Shown piece after piece: positions 42,234 to 54,400 of a stretch of DNA of 64,000 nt. The position numbers were made by a program, and so were the translations under genes. This DNA is from Rotaria socialis (Eukaryota), in assembly GCA_905331295.1 (NCBI GenBank), contig CAJNYD010000034.1, positions 1-64,000 of the forward strand, read 5' to 3'. The notes below the pieces were generated by a model that made no database searches, had not been told where the DNA came from, and was given only the letters and a program-made list of their open reading frames with translations. Position 1 is the first letter of the stretch. Every line of letters begins with the position of its first letter.

Positions 42234-43452
42234 TTAGATGAATCTACCTCAAATTGTGTCATACATTTTTAGAAGTAACTCATAGATGCCATAGTACCTT
42301 TACACTGGGTATCGAGAGGACTCTAAGGTGTTTGTGCTAAAAATTCGTTACCGGATATAAGGATATTATGATATCACTCAAGTAACTAATTGAATTGATG
42401 CAAGAATATAAGCCGGATTAATTTAATCTTAAAAATGGAAAGTAAGAAAACACTAGTCGCCTGCATCTTTTTATTAATCAAAACAGAAGAAAGTTGAAGA
42501 TTTTTTCTTTATCCTTGATGCTACGCCAGAAAACGTAATATGAAAGTCTGTCATCTTGGTTAGAAGGTATTCTACTTTAAGCAGATTTTAATGAAAAGCC
42601 AGCAAATCTACTAAAATTGATTGAGATATGAGAAGGCAGTCGTCTGAATTATGTTATATTGATCTTTAAATGTAAAGTTCATGTCAAAATTGAAATGATA
42701 TCGGAAGCGAAGCATCATTTTCAATATTTTTGTAAGATAATAAATTTCGAAGTGGTTCTTTTGTTCTTACTATGGCACAAAAGATGATCTCGTGTCTATT
42801 CTTTTGATGCCTGAAAATAGCAAGTCGCTAGTAGTTATCTTTATTGAATTAAGGCATCTACATCCATCCCTCTTTAATCTATCCGAGTGATTATTTTTCT
42901 CATCGAATGCATAGAACTCAATAAACTTTCTCCAGAATATTTTCGCTCATGATTCCACTTGGTTTATTTGCTTGCAATAATGAATTAGTCTCATACTCAT
43001 TCATCAAGCTTTTCTCTAACAAAATAAATTCAGCATTGATTTTTTTCAGGAAGTTTCAAACGAGAACAATAAAGAGATCGTGCTTTTCTTTATGGTAGAT
43101 GATAATCGCTCATAAATATTAGCCAATAAGAAAACATTTATTTCAACTTGAATCATTTTTATATCGTTTTGTTCTAATGTCCAATAAGCATATCGATTAT
43201 AACTTGTCAAGATTAAAAATACTTTTTTCTATTGAAAAGAAATTTTTTGCAAAAAACCTGTAGGATTTCGTTGATTTGCATATTTTTCATTCTTGACAAT
43301 CAAGACTAAAATTGCATAAGTGTACTGCTGTAAACATCTCATGATTCTATCGTACTCTCCATCACATGGAGAGTACTTACGTTGACAACAGTATTTAAAA
43401 TCAAAGCTTCCGCTCTGTGAGTTATCAATACATTTATTATCATAAAATAAAA

Positions 43453-44797
43453 GCTTGTCAGCGCAGCCCCGTTGGGGCTAAAATGTGGAACTCACATATT
43501 TCAGTCAATTAGATACTGATCAAATAGAAGATTTATTTTTTCAGTGTAGTGAGAACATATTTTGTTCAAAAATAGGATAATAAAACCTGTTTAACATTTG
43601 AAGTTTATTGGATCTATCAATAGGAAATATTACTAGAGAGAACGTATGAAAAACTCTTTGTTTAAAATATGTCAGTATGCTGAAGTGTTTAATGGTTTCA
43701 TTGAGAAATATTGTGAATGATAATAGTTTAAACAGTATTTATGATATAGCAATCAATATTGTTGAGAAATTTATATTTTTTCGTATTACCAGGTGAGAAA
43801 TTGATACATTTTTTCATAAACGAAAATTTGATAAAAGCTTCCCAGTGGATGGAAAAGTTCCGAATTGTAAATACACTAAAGTGGACTCAAGCTCTAAAAT
43901 AAGGTATTCGTGTGAGAAAAAAAAGATTAAAATCTTCATCTGTTTATTGTAGGTGGTAGAAGTAACGAATGTAATAGTAGCATAAACTAGTTGCTAGCCT
44001 CTGTAGCGGTAGCATACGCTCGTTGCTAACGTCTGTAATAATAAAAATATATAATACTGTCGTAACTATGGGCTATAATAACAAAAACGACAGATTTTTA
44101 TGATTAATTAGAGATTAAATCCTAATTATAATGATTTCTAATTAGTGAAATTAGATTTTAATTACTGATATGAGTAGTGACGAACATAGGCAATCGATCT
44201 GTACAAAAATTTTATCCAATTAATGCACCGAAGTGTTAGTTTTTTCATGTTTTATGTCTGTAATGGGGAGGGGGTGAGGTATAGTGGCGTAACCAGCAAA
44301 TTTTCGTAGAGGGGGCTCAGTCCCCTAGCCCTTTGAAAGTAGAGAAGGCAATTTTAATTCAATTGTAACAATGCACGAAGCCAATATCTGAAAACGTTTA
44401 CTTTTTATTAGCTATAATTCAATCAAACACGTATGTTATGAAAAATATCGCCTTTTCCACGTTACACTAATTATTGTATTGCATGTCTATTTATTACAAT
44501 TTTGAATTTGAACATGTTTTGATTTAAACAGCAAACACTAATGCTCTCTCTTCCTTTATTCTTTTAGAGAGAAGCAAAATAAACAATACTTTATCTTTTA
44601 GATAGCAACAATCTAGGCTATTGAAATTTCAGATAGAAAATTTCGTAGAGGGGACCAAAATCTTTGTAGAGGGGGCTCAGCCCCCTCTGGCTACCCCCTG
44701 GCTACGCCACTAGTGGGGTACAGGGGAGCCGCAAAAACCTAACAATTCAACTTACACTCACTATTTTCTTCGAAAATATATGTGAGTTCCACAAAAA
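43453..44797 (-). mobile_element. Probable non-autonomous Helentron (HINE/DINE-1-like) element
   Basis: 16-nt inverted repeat TGTGGAACTCACATAT (43484-43499) / ATATGTGAGTTCCACA (44778-44793); GC hairpin AGCCCC-GTT-GGGGCT (43465-43479) just outside one copy; A/T runs at both boundaries. Confidence 0.6.
44282..44712. mobile_element. hAT-type MITE nested in the preceding element
   Basis: TIRs TAGTGGCGTAACCAG / CTGGCTACGCCACTA; 8-bp TSD GTGAGGTA (44274-44281) / GTGGGGTA (44713-44720) with one mismatch; subterminal GTAGAGGGG repeats. Confidence 0.88.
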
Positions 44798-45725
44798 TTT
44801 GAATTGAATCTCAACATTCTAACGAATTTCATGTTTAGCGACGAAAAAGTGAAAAGATCTACCTAGAAAATATAATGAAGTACTCGTTAGTATTTTTTGC
44901 GAATACTAGAAACAAGAGAAAACGTCTCAAAACACTAGATTCATGAAACTCTTTCGAAAATTATTACATGATTTCCCGAAATAAAGGCTTTCCAAAACAA
45001 AATCCAATTAAATAGTGGTTAGTCTATAGAATTTCTACTGTGTTATCATTTTGAGGAAAAATTTCTAGATACTTATCAATTCGAGTGCTCTCATTAATTT
45101 CTGTCATTTCTTGTAATCATTACTTTCTAAATTTCTACATTCATATGACTGAGATGCAAAGTTCTTCTTATTCGAAATCAGCAGAATCGATAGTATGAAC
45201 CAGTCAATATGGTATAGGTTCATTCTTTTTTCTGTTGTTAGAAACGACAATCTTCTACGCGTTGCTTCCCTCCTATACAATAGAAAAGCACCCGTTATCG
45301 GATGATACAATTATTAGTAGTTCACTACATATTTTTGCAATACAACAAAGAAAGTCAGACTGAACTAAATAGTTGAGTACTAATACATGCTAAATTTTTG
45401 AGTGTCAAAATCTAAATAAGGATTTCTGGCTATGATTGTATGTGCTGAAATACTACCTAATTAGTTAGCTACCATTTAGCAGTTTTAAGATATTTCGAGT
45501 AAATTCGCAACAACTATAGCTACAACAAAATATTCGATTGTTCCAATGTAGATATATTATTACTATTACAAAAGCTTATATTTTCAATTTCTAAAATCGT
45601 TCAAAATTCATATCGTAAAAATGTCTTCATTATTTTTTATGGCCTTTTCTTAATCTTTTTTTAACGATACTACGAAGAATTTTACAAAACATACAACTCT
45701 ACATAGATTACTTTTTTAAATACAG

Positions 45726-46288
45726 ATATATTACCCTACGATGATGATGTCGATGTATTGATACATGTAAAATATTACTCGCTTTTAGCAAAAATAAACA
45801 AGTTAAATAACAAAACAGATTGGGAATTTTATCGCAATACACCTACGAATATGAAGTTTTATTTTCTGGAATCTCCGTCAGCTGGAATTTATAAATGGAA
45901 ATGGGCATTTATTGGTATGGACTTTTATACAGATAATGCTACACATATTCGATCTTATATGCATATCAGAAAAGATATAATATTTCCCTTGGTCTTACGT
46001 CCAATAGCTGGTCTTTGGGTACCTGGTCCGCGTAACATTTACAAATTTTTCCAAGTGATGTCCAGCCGTTACTACTCCAGTTTCTCGATTGATGAAAAGT
46101 GTTACACACAAGCTTATTCACATCGAGAGGAAAGACGAAAACACCAACAGAAAACTGTATTTTGTGAGCAGCTACGTAATATTTATCCTTATATTCGGCG
46201 TACATGTGATAGTGATTATTGTCAGGAGCACTTAATGTTGAATAATGTTACGACCTTATATGTTTTAAAAATGATTAGAGATAAATAA
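45726..46288 (+). CDS. LicD/fukutin-family nucleotidyltransferase-like 3' exon (5' exons not found)
   Basis: After acceptor TACAG: (D)ILPYDDDVDVLIH...KWKWAFIGMDFY...IIFPLVLRPIAGLWVPGPRN, matching the LicD PWDDDxD and IFPL...P motifs. Confidence 0.7.
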
Positions 46289-47456
46289 CAAAGATTTACT
46301 CGAGATAATTTCACTCAATGCGCAGACTGCACATTGAAGTAATGAATACTCCAAGAATAGTTGTTATGTCTCTATTCTAATGAACAGAATGCTTAGGTTT
46401 TTTTTCCAATGTAAATGTTTTTTATGTATTTAAAAAAATGTTTGAAATCCTCAATATCGTTACCTACATATTGGTGAACTTAGAAAGAAAATTCGAACGA
46501 TATCTGGAATTATTTTCATAGGAATATATTGCAGATACTACATAATTGATAAGTTCTATTCGATCCTATAATCAGATTTATAATAGTTGAAAAAGTACTG
46601 TTTCCTGTTATGATAAAACGTTGATCTATCATCATGGGAAATAGAATACCAGCAAAGTGAATTTATGAACAATATTACCTGACGGATCTGTTTCATTATT
46701 TATACAGTAGTTGTGAATAGAAATAAATACTAATTTTTTTCGATAGCCCGTACTATTCTGAGTAAAATGGCGTTGTGACGTATTATAATATGTCTGCATC
46801 GATATCATCAATGTAGATCCATAGATATTACATTCGAAAGTTCATTTTAGTATGAATGGCTATTCATTGAACAATAATACCAACGAAACTTTGCTCAATT
46901 GTTTTTGTTTTGTTGACGCCTTTCATGATCAATAGTAAAAGAGGTTTCGTAGATCATTTCTCTTTACTTGCGAAAGATGAAACAATCAAATTAATTTCTA
47001 CAACCGTTTGGACTTCAGAACATGAATAAAAATGTACAGTTACTATACACCACTATATCACTTGTACAAGATATTATGAGTAGTACCATTCCAGCTTAGA
47101 TTTATAGAAATCTCGTCGACAGAAATTCTACATGAAACTAGGTAAACATTTGTTATACACGTTTTGCTCTTTTTCTATTGATTCGAATACTAGTTAGTAT
47201 AGAAACATTCGGATTCACAAGTTACGGATATACGTTTCTATTTTTGTTTTTGTTCTCGTTAAACGCGAAAATTAACATAACAAGCTTTTAAATATTTCTC
47301 ACAAAGTGTCAAAAGCATTTAGCACAATTGAATAAATAAATGAGCCGTTACTTCAAATAAAACAAACTGCATGCAATAACAACGGAAGTTATTTGTAAGC
47401 AAAAGGTGTTGACTTCCGAAGCACTATTTCTGACTCCAGACATAAGTTTTAAAATT

Positions 47457-48609
47457 TCATGCGGTTGCAGAGGTCTTGATTTCACCGCTTTCCACATTTC
47501 TGTAAAAAGCAAGTTGTTATTTATTTAGTGATTAAGAACAGTACTTACCTAAAGCACTGCCGTTGATCGAAGCATTCTTCCTTTTTTTTTAGAAGATTCT
47601 TATAAACAGGATATTCGTCAATTTGTTTTAAATAACTTGTTTTGTTGTTTTCAGATATTGAAATAGAAGGAGTTTGAATCAATCTATAATATCTAGAGTT
47701 GATTCCGGTTGTTTGACCAGAAACCTGTTTCACCTGGGTCTCTTTTATGGTGAAAATAATAGACATACATAACTTTTCGTTTAGATAATTAAACTTACTT
47801 CGGACTACACCAAATCTTTCTTCATACAAACCCATTGGTGTTCGGCGCTGTTTTGAACCAGCAAGAGCCACAGTCAACCACGTGTAAGGATTATCTATCG
47901 TTGGTGCTACATAATATGCGTAGTCGTTAGCGAAGCCTTGATTCTGCACATCCACCCAACCTCGAAAACGACCTGGTAAGCCTAATTTATCTGTTTCTAT
48001 AAGTTTCTGTCTGGGCTTCACTGAGGTGCCTATGTATGAGTAATCTAAAAATAAGTTTAATATTTTTCAATTCATCTTACGACTAACAATGCCGTTGCAC
48101 TCTTCGTAAAGGCCAATATCAGTATATTGTTCGGTGGAGCCAGCAAGTGCGATGGATAACCAAACGAATGGATATTCATTATTTGGGCCTACATAACGCG
48201 CGTAGTCGTTTGCTACTTCTTGTCCTTGAACATCAACCCAACCACGAAATCGATCTGAATAGCCCCAGTCCGTCAGAGTTCTGGTTTGCCGAGAAAGAAT
48301 CAATCCATTTTCACGACAATGTCGATCAAGTGAAGTATTAAATAAAAAAATTGCTAAAATATTTAAACTGAGCGATGAACGTGCTACTAACTAATTTTAC
48401 GTACTGTAAATCGAAGTACAACACATAATGATAAACAGTCCTGCTATGATCATCCATGATTTTACATAACTGGGTACAATTTGATTCACTTCTTGAAAAA
48501 CAAAACTTTATAGATTCTATTGGTCAAATCATGTTACCTGGAACGCAAGTACTATGAATGATTTCTTCCGGTGGAATACCAATATTACTGTCACGTCGGG
48601 TAGCATTAC
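47457..48609 (-). CDS. Type II membrane protein with two tandem 'FRGWVDVQxQxxANDYA' repeats (5' end unresolved)
   Basis: Phase-consistent exons give NATRRDSNIGIPPEE...SWMIIAGLFIIMCCTSIYTIFLF (TM)...DWGYSDRFRGWVDVQGQEVANDYARYVG...WLSIALAGS...GLYEE and KLGLPGRFRGWVDVQNQGFANDYAYYVA...WLTVALAGS...GLYEE. Confidence 0.7.
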
Positions 48610-48779
48610 CTGATAGGGCAAACATAAAACAGAAGAATAAATTGTAACCAAAGCAGAGTTGACTGTTATTATGGAGTAATCTACAACGGATATGTTATTT
48701 TTACATAATATAGTTAAAAATACCGTTATTGTTCTATAGGCATGGATATGGGGAGAGGGTGTATAGTGTATGGGTGAGG

Positions 48780-50256
48780 GCCTGCAGAATGCCTAACCAG
48801 CAGAATTCAGAATTTTGTTATTTTGCACATAGCGAAAAAGTAGCATAATATAAACATACGCACTACCGTAAGTGGAAACTAGAATTCTATCGGTACAAGG
48901 AGAATTATAACCAACTATCAGGATAAAAATGCGTTACAAGGATAACTGGAATGAATTCTTATGGAGACGTTAAAAAGACCAGCTGAATATAAAATAGAAT
49001 TCTATCGATGGAAGCAGAATACAAAGCTCAAATGTTTATTTAGAAATGAAAGGTTTTGTGTGATTTATTGTAGTCAACTGTTGAGGAGTATGCTTGTAAA
49101 AAGATGTTGATATAATGATGGTTATTTGTTCATCTCTAGATTTCTTTTTTTAATCATGCATGTCTAGAGAATAAATTGATACACATCGAAGATAGTTGAT
49201 CGTGATTACATCATGAAACAAGAGCAAAGAAGAAGCATTTACATTGGCATATATATTAAACATGGAACAATACGTCATGCATTATTCAGAATGAAATATT
49301 TTGTACACGCTAAAGGCATGGATTGTAGAATTAAACAAGCTATTTAATGAACAAGTTGTTCTGTATCTTTGCAATTTCATTCATTTCTTTTTAATAAGAC
49401 TACATATATCTTATCTTACAAAAACACTTCAACAGTTATACAAACAGTTTTTTATATTATCAATAACTTGGAAAGTTGCCTTTGAATTGACGCACTATGT
49501 TCTGCCAGTCTGTTTTTGAAACAGGAAGATCCGCGCGCAGAACATTGGTGTGTATAAATTTCACGTTTACCAGAGACATCAGTAAGTTTGAAATAAATTA
49601 GAAGTGTCGATGTTTTCAATTAAACTAGACGTTTTAGATTCCCTTCATTTCGTATAAAATCTATCCTCTATCCATAAAATTTACGAAAACAACTTTAATC
49701 CTCCTAAATTGTGCCAAGCGAACAACATATCTAACGCATTTGTTTACACAAATCATATTCCATTACCTTAACATTCTATAGAATTCTACCCAGGTTGATC
49801 AAAACGGACTCGTTTATGGTCTGTTTGTCGACGGTAAACGATGTCAAAACGGTATCTTTACGGCAGTAAATAGGCCATATTTGCCCGTAATACCTGGCGC
49901 AGTAATACGGCACCGTAAACGGGACTGAATTTTCATGGTTTACGGCTGTTTGCGCTCCGTACTCTCATGATAATACGGTCCGTATTACTGCGCCAGATAT
50001 TACGGCAAAATTTCGCCCGTAAAATAGTCGTAAAGTAACCGTCAATGGCCGTATACGGACCGTACTGTTCGACCTGGGTAAGCACAATTCAAACAGGCTA
50101 CAAAAGAATTCTAATATCATATGAAGAGCAAAAGTGATATACTTTAATCGTGCCAATATAGAATTCTATAGAATTCTATTCTATAAGCATTGATTTGTTT
50201 AAAAATATTATAAGTTTACAGAATTCTGAATTCTGCTGCGTAGGCATTCTGCATGC
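48780..50256. mobile_element. Non-autonomous TIR element (~1.5 kb including a nested MITE)
   Basis: About 40-nt imperfect TIRs: TGCAGAATGCCTAACCAGCAGAATTCAGAATTTTGT versus ACAGAATTCTGAATTCTGCTGCGTAGGCATTCTGCA; repeated AGAATTCT palindromes inside. Superfamily not assigned. Confidence 0.75.
49789..50078. mobile_element. GC-rich MITE with CCCAGGT termini and 2-bp TA duplication
   Basis: TA|CCCAGGTTGATCAAAACGG ... CCGTACTGTTCGACCTGGG|TA; dense CCGTA/TACGG motifs. Confidence 0.85.
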
Positions 50257-51459
50257 TGGCGGATAGGGTGTATAGTGTATGGGTTACGGTTTCAGTACCA
50301 GTGTAGAGTGATAATTGATCGTCTACAAACTTTTATTTATTAATTCTGATTTTTGAGAGCATCGATTTGCCATCATAACCATAAAACAGCGCTGCCCCAC
50401 ACCCTCAGCCAGACAAATGTCCATAACAACATGCCCAGTCAAACTGAATATTTCGTTTAATAAGCTCGATTAAAAAATGGTACCATTCGATAGAGTGAAA
50501 AGGTCTGCTTTTAAGAGAGCCGATTAAAGACCTAACACAGCTTTGAATGAAATTACAAGCTGAAAACTTTCTTTTCCATCATAGGTACGAACACAACAAC
50601 TGAGTATGTCTTGAGTAAACTTCATTTTTTGCCGGATGACCCCCATCGAATATAATGCCATATTATACGGAATAAAGTTTTACATACAAAGAAATTCTTT
50701 TAAACTTTACACCGGCCCGAGACTGAATCAATAATAGAAATCATCAAATAGAGACGCAGTGTTATTTACGCAAAAAAAAGTGCGAAAAGAAAATTGCCGC
50801 TGATCTCTTTTGGTATCATTTTTCTCTTATTCCACTACTTACCACGTTCTTCTCTCTTTTTTTACTTGTTGTTACTCTTCTCGATTCTGTATGACACATT
50901 CATGCAAATGCAAGCACAACCATACTTTTATTTCTTCTTTTTGCTGGTATTTTCTTCAATCATTTTGATTAAATCGATCTTGAAGTAATGCTCGACGACA
51001 AAACGAACTTCATCAAAAATAATCCCAACGAAGTCAAACGATATCTGGTATTGGCCAACATTTTCCTTGAATAAGAGTTTTATCGCATAGTTACGAATAA
51101 ATATTACCAACTATGCGAGATTTATGATTTTGTTTTGCCGCTTCAGTCGAGGGATGCGTCACTTGGGTAAATATTTGCAATTTGGTGAGTAAGCTAGTTT
51201 TGGTAGGAGAAAAAGAATGTGGATGTGAGGGTTGGTTTGCCTGTATGCAATTATTTTTTCGTAGCCTAACATGACGTCTCCTCCACACACACCTGCGCCT
51301 ATGGGTCTAAATTCTGGTCTACCGTGAATACACACATACAGTATCGAGGATATTGCCGTCTTCAAAGAATATGTTAACAGTTAAAAGTATATGGAATTTC
51401 ACGTATCGTTTTCTGTCATTTCAGATTTAGAATTTTGATTATTGATAGGTTTTAAAAAC

Positions 51460-54400
51460 ATGAGTAGTACCGGTGGAGCGATAACAAAGCAAGCTTTCGG
51501 CCGACATGGATTCATTGGTAGTTTATATGATATTCGTAGTGATCGATTTGAAGGTGGCAATTTATTTAATCGGCCATTGGAATCATCAATGATATTAACA
51601 GCTGATTCTGCTAGCTCAGATTATATTGTTGATGAAAATATATCTCAAAAAGATACGTTCAATAAACTTAACATAGAAGCCTCTATGAAATTAAGTTTAA
51701 TGGCTGGACTCATTCAACTTGAAGGATCGGCAAAGTATTTAAATCAGACGAAGACTGATAGTCGAACAGTTCGAGTTACATTTATGCTAAATTTAAAAAC
51801 AAAACAAGAACATTTACAGATAAGCAGAGCGGATTTATACCAGTATTTTTCATCAGATGCTCTAGAAAATCGAAATGCAACACATTGTGTTATTAGTATT
51901 ATATGGGGAGCAAGAGTTGCAGCAACGTTTGAAGAAATTATGACCAATTCAGAAGCAGCTGAAGAGCTTCAAGGTCGTCTAGCAGCATCATTAAAAAAGG
52001 TTGCTATTCAAGTGAGTGGAGAAGCTAGTTTGGAACACAATAATAAAGGAAATGCTAAATTTGAATCATTGAAAATTAGCTTTTCTGGTGATATTTTAAT
52101 ACAAGATATTCCACATACCATCGAGGATGTGTTCAATATATTTAAAAAAGTACCAACTCTATTGGAAAATCTAAATGATGGAAAAGGACAACAGTTAGAA
52201 TTTGAATTATATCCATTAGAACGAATGGCAGAAATTTTCAAACATGAATTACGCATTGAACGGTAGGTATCATATTTATCCATAAGGCATAAGTTCGAAG
52301 ATTTTTAAATAAATATTCACTGTTTTCTTTCTCCATAAGAAAGTGTTACAAAACGGTAAAATAACTAGTGGTCCCAGTCAGATTTTCTGATGTCTTTTTA
52401 GGTTTTGCTTTTTCGATTAACTTTCAACTGTTGTTATTTTTTTTACATATTTTAGAATGATCAAAGAAGTTACCAATAGTGTAGTGAATCGTATTGAAAA
52501 TATTTTTGAACAAATTATTCAGGGAAAGCGAATGATGAACGATTTTCTTAGTACAATTGAACCGTGGAAAAATTGGATTTGTTCAAATTGGATTGAAGTA
52601 ATTTATGATCGACAAAAGCACTTAGCAGGCATCGAACTAGAAACGCAACGTCGACTTGCATCATTACTTGAAAGTATTCGTCGTGGTGAAGCTGATGAAA
52701 AAGTAATGGTTGAATTGTTGGACAGATTCGAACAGGAAAATCCATGTTCTGTTATGTCAGTTAAAAAATTTCTCCAATCTAACGCGCGTATTGGGACTAA
52801 AATTGAATCGCTCAGTGAATTTGATCAACACGTACTAGATGGCGCACATGAAAAAACTTCTAAAATACCAAATCCAACAATACTTTTAAAGACGTTTAGA
52901 TCGATCGATGATTTTATTCAAAAACATTATGACGACTATACTTATTTATTACACATTTCTAATACATGGGAAGAGCAAGATAAAGCAAATTGGTATAAAC
53001 AGTTGCGATGCTTTAAATATTTATATAAACTTGGAAAGAAAGATGAAGCAAAAAAAGACATTTTTTGTGTGATCGATCATGATTTACATGTGGGTTTGGA
53101 TCAAAAGCCTAATAGTTGTGTTATTTATCATGCCTATCGAGGTACTATTACGACAAAAGATTACTACCAAAGCTCGCTAAGTAAGTTGTCGAATTTCTTG
53201 AGGTAATATTAAATGCATAAAAATGGAACTAAATATTTAATTTCCTGTCAAGTACAATTATCCTGGCAACAAATACAAGACATTAGAGTGGAGAATAAAT
53301 TCTCGACATTGAGCAATACAGACATTGAAAAGTGGCATAAAGAATTTATCGAATCACAGTAAACTATTGGATGTTTGCGAAATTTTTCTGATTTGATTGC
53401 TAGATATTTCTCATTATTCTTTTAGTCCCAATGGTGAAATGAATGAAAAACAATGGATAGATGAATTTCAAAAACTTTATCCAAAGTAACTGATTCAAAC
53501 GAGAACGTGCCCTATATTAAGTATAATATTTTTTCTTCTGATTTGTTCAGTGGTGACCCACGATACTTCTGTCATATTGCATTTTCAATAATCGATAAAA
53601 ATCATAATGGGTTAATTAGTTTTACTGAATTTATGTCAGCAATTTCTTTAACGCTGCCAAGTAATATGCAACAAAAACTAACATTGGTAAGAACATTTTT
53701 TCTAATTCAAATAAATTCAATTATTTCTCGGTCTTTTTCACGTCATAAGATTTTCGCAATATGTGCTCATGATAAAGACGAAGTTGATAAAAATGAATTG
53801 ATTGAATTCTTGGAAGCAGTGAATCAATTGGAAAGTCGAACAGAATCAAGTGGTGGAAGCGGGACAAACTTGATTGTTAACAATATTATGAAATTTCTTA
53901 AGCGAAAAAGCAATGAAAAGATTATGAGAGAAGAATTCATCAATTGGTATGCTAATTTCGGAGCCCGCCAGAGAGTCCAAAAATTACAGGGTGTAAATAG
54001 ATATTATGAAAATTTTCTTAGAAGTAGCATTCAATTCGATGAATTGAACCATCGTGTTGTTGAGTAGTTACAGAAAATTTTCGATGATTGAAAAGGTTTT
54101 GACCTCTGCCTTCTTCCCGCTTTGGTGGGTCGTGACTATTTGCACATTGACAATTTCTTGATTAAGAACAATTTATCTTCTATTTAGTCTGAAGGCAAAT
54201 TACGAATGGTGTAGGGCATTCTTACCTGTTTCACCAAGTAAGTACTATAAAGTAATGTAATGTCCCGTTTTAAAAAGATCACATATATCCAAGTGTCCTT
54301 TCTGGTTTAGAATAGACTGGATCAAGTCTTGATATCGTTTCTGTTCGAGGATATGTTTACTAGAAGATAGAGCTAGTAGATAATTAGATTTTCTTTTAGA

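Noticed and set aside
50928..51365. Short minus-strand ORFs upstream of the toxin-fusion gene
   Set aside because: Interrupted by stops, with no recognisable motif or consistent splice path.
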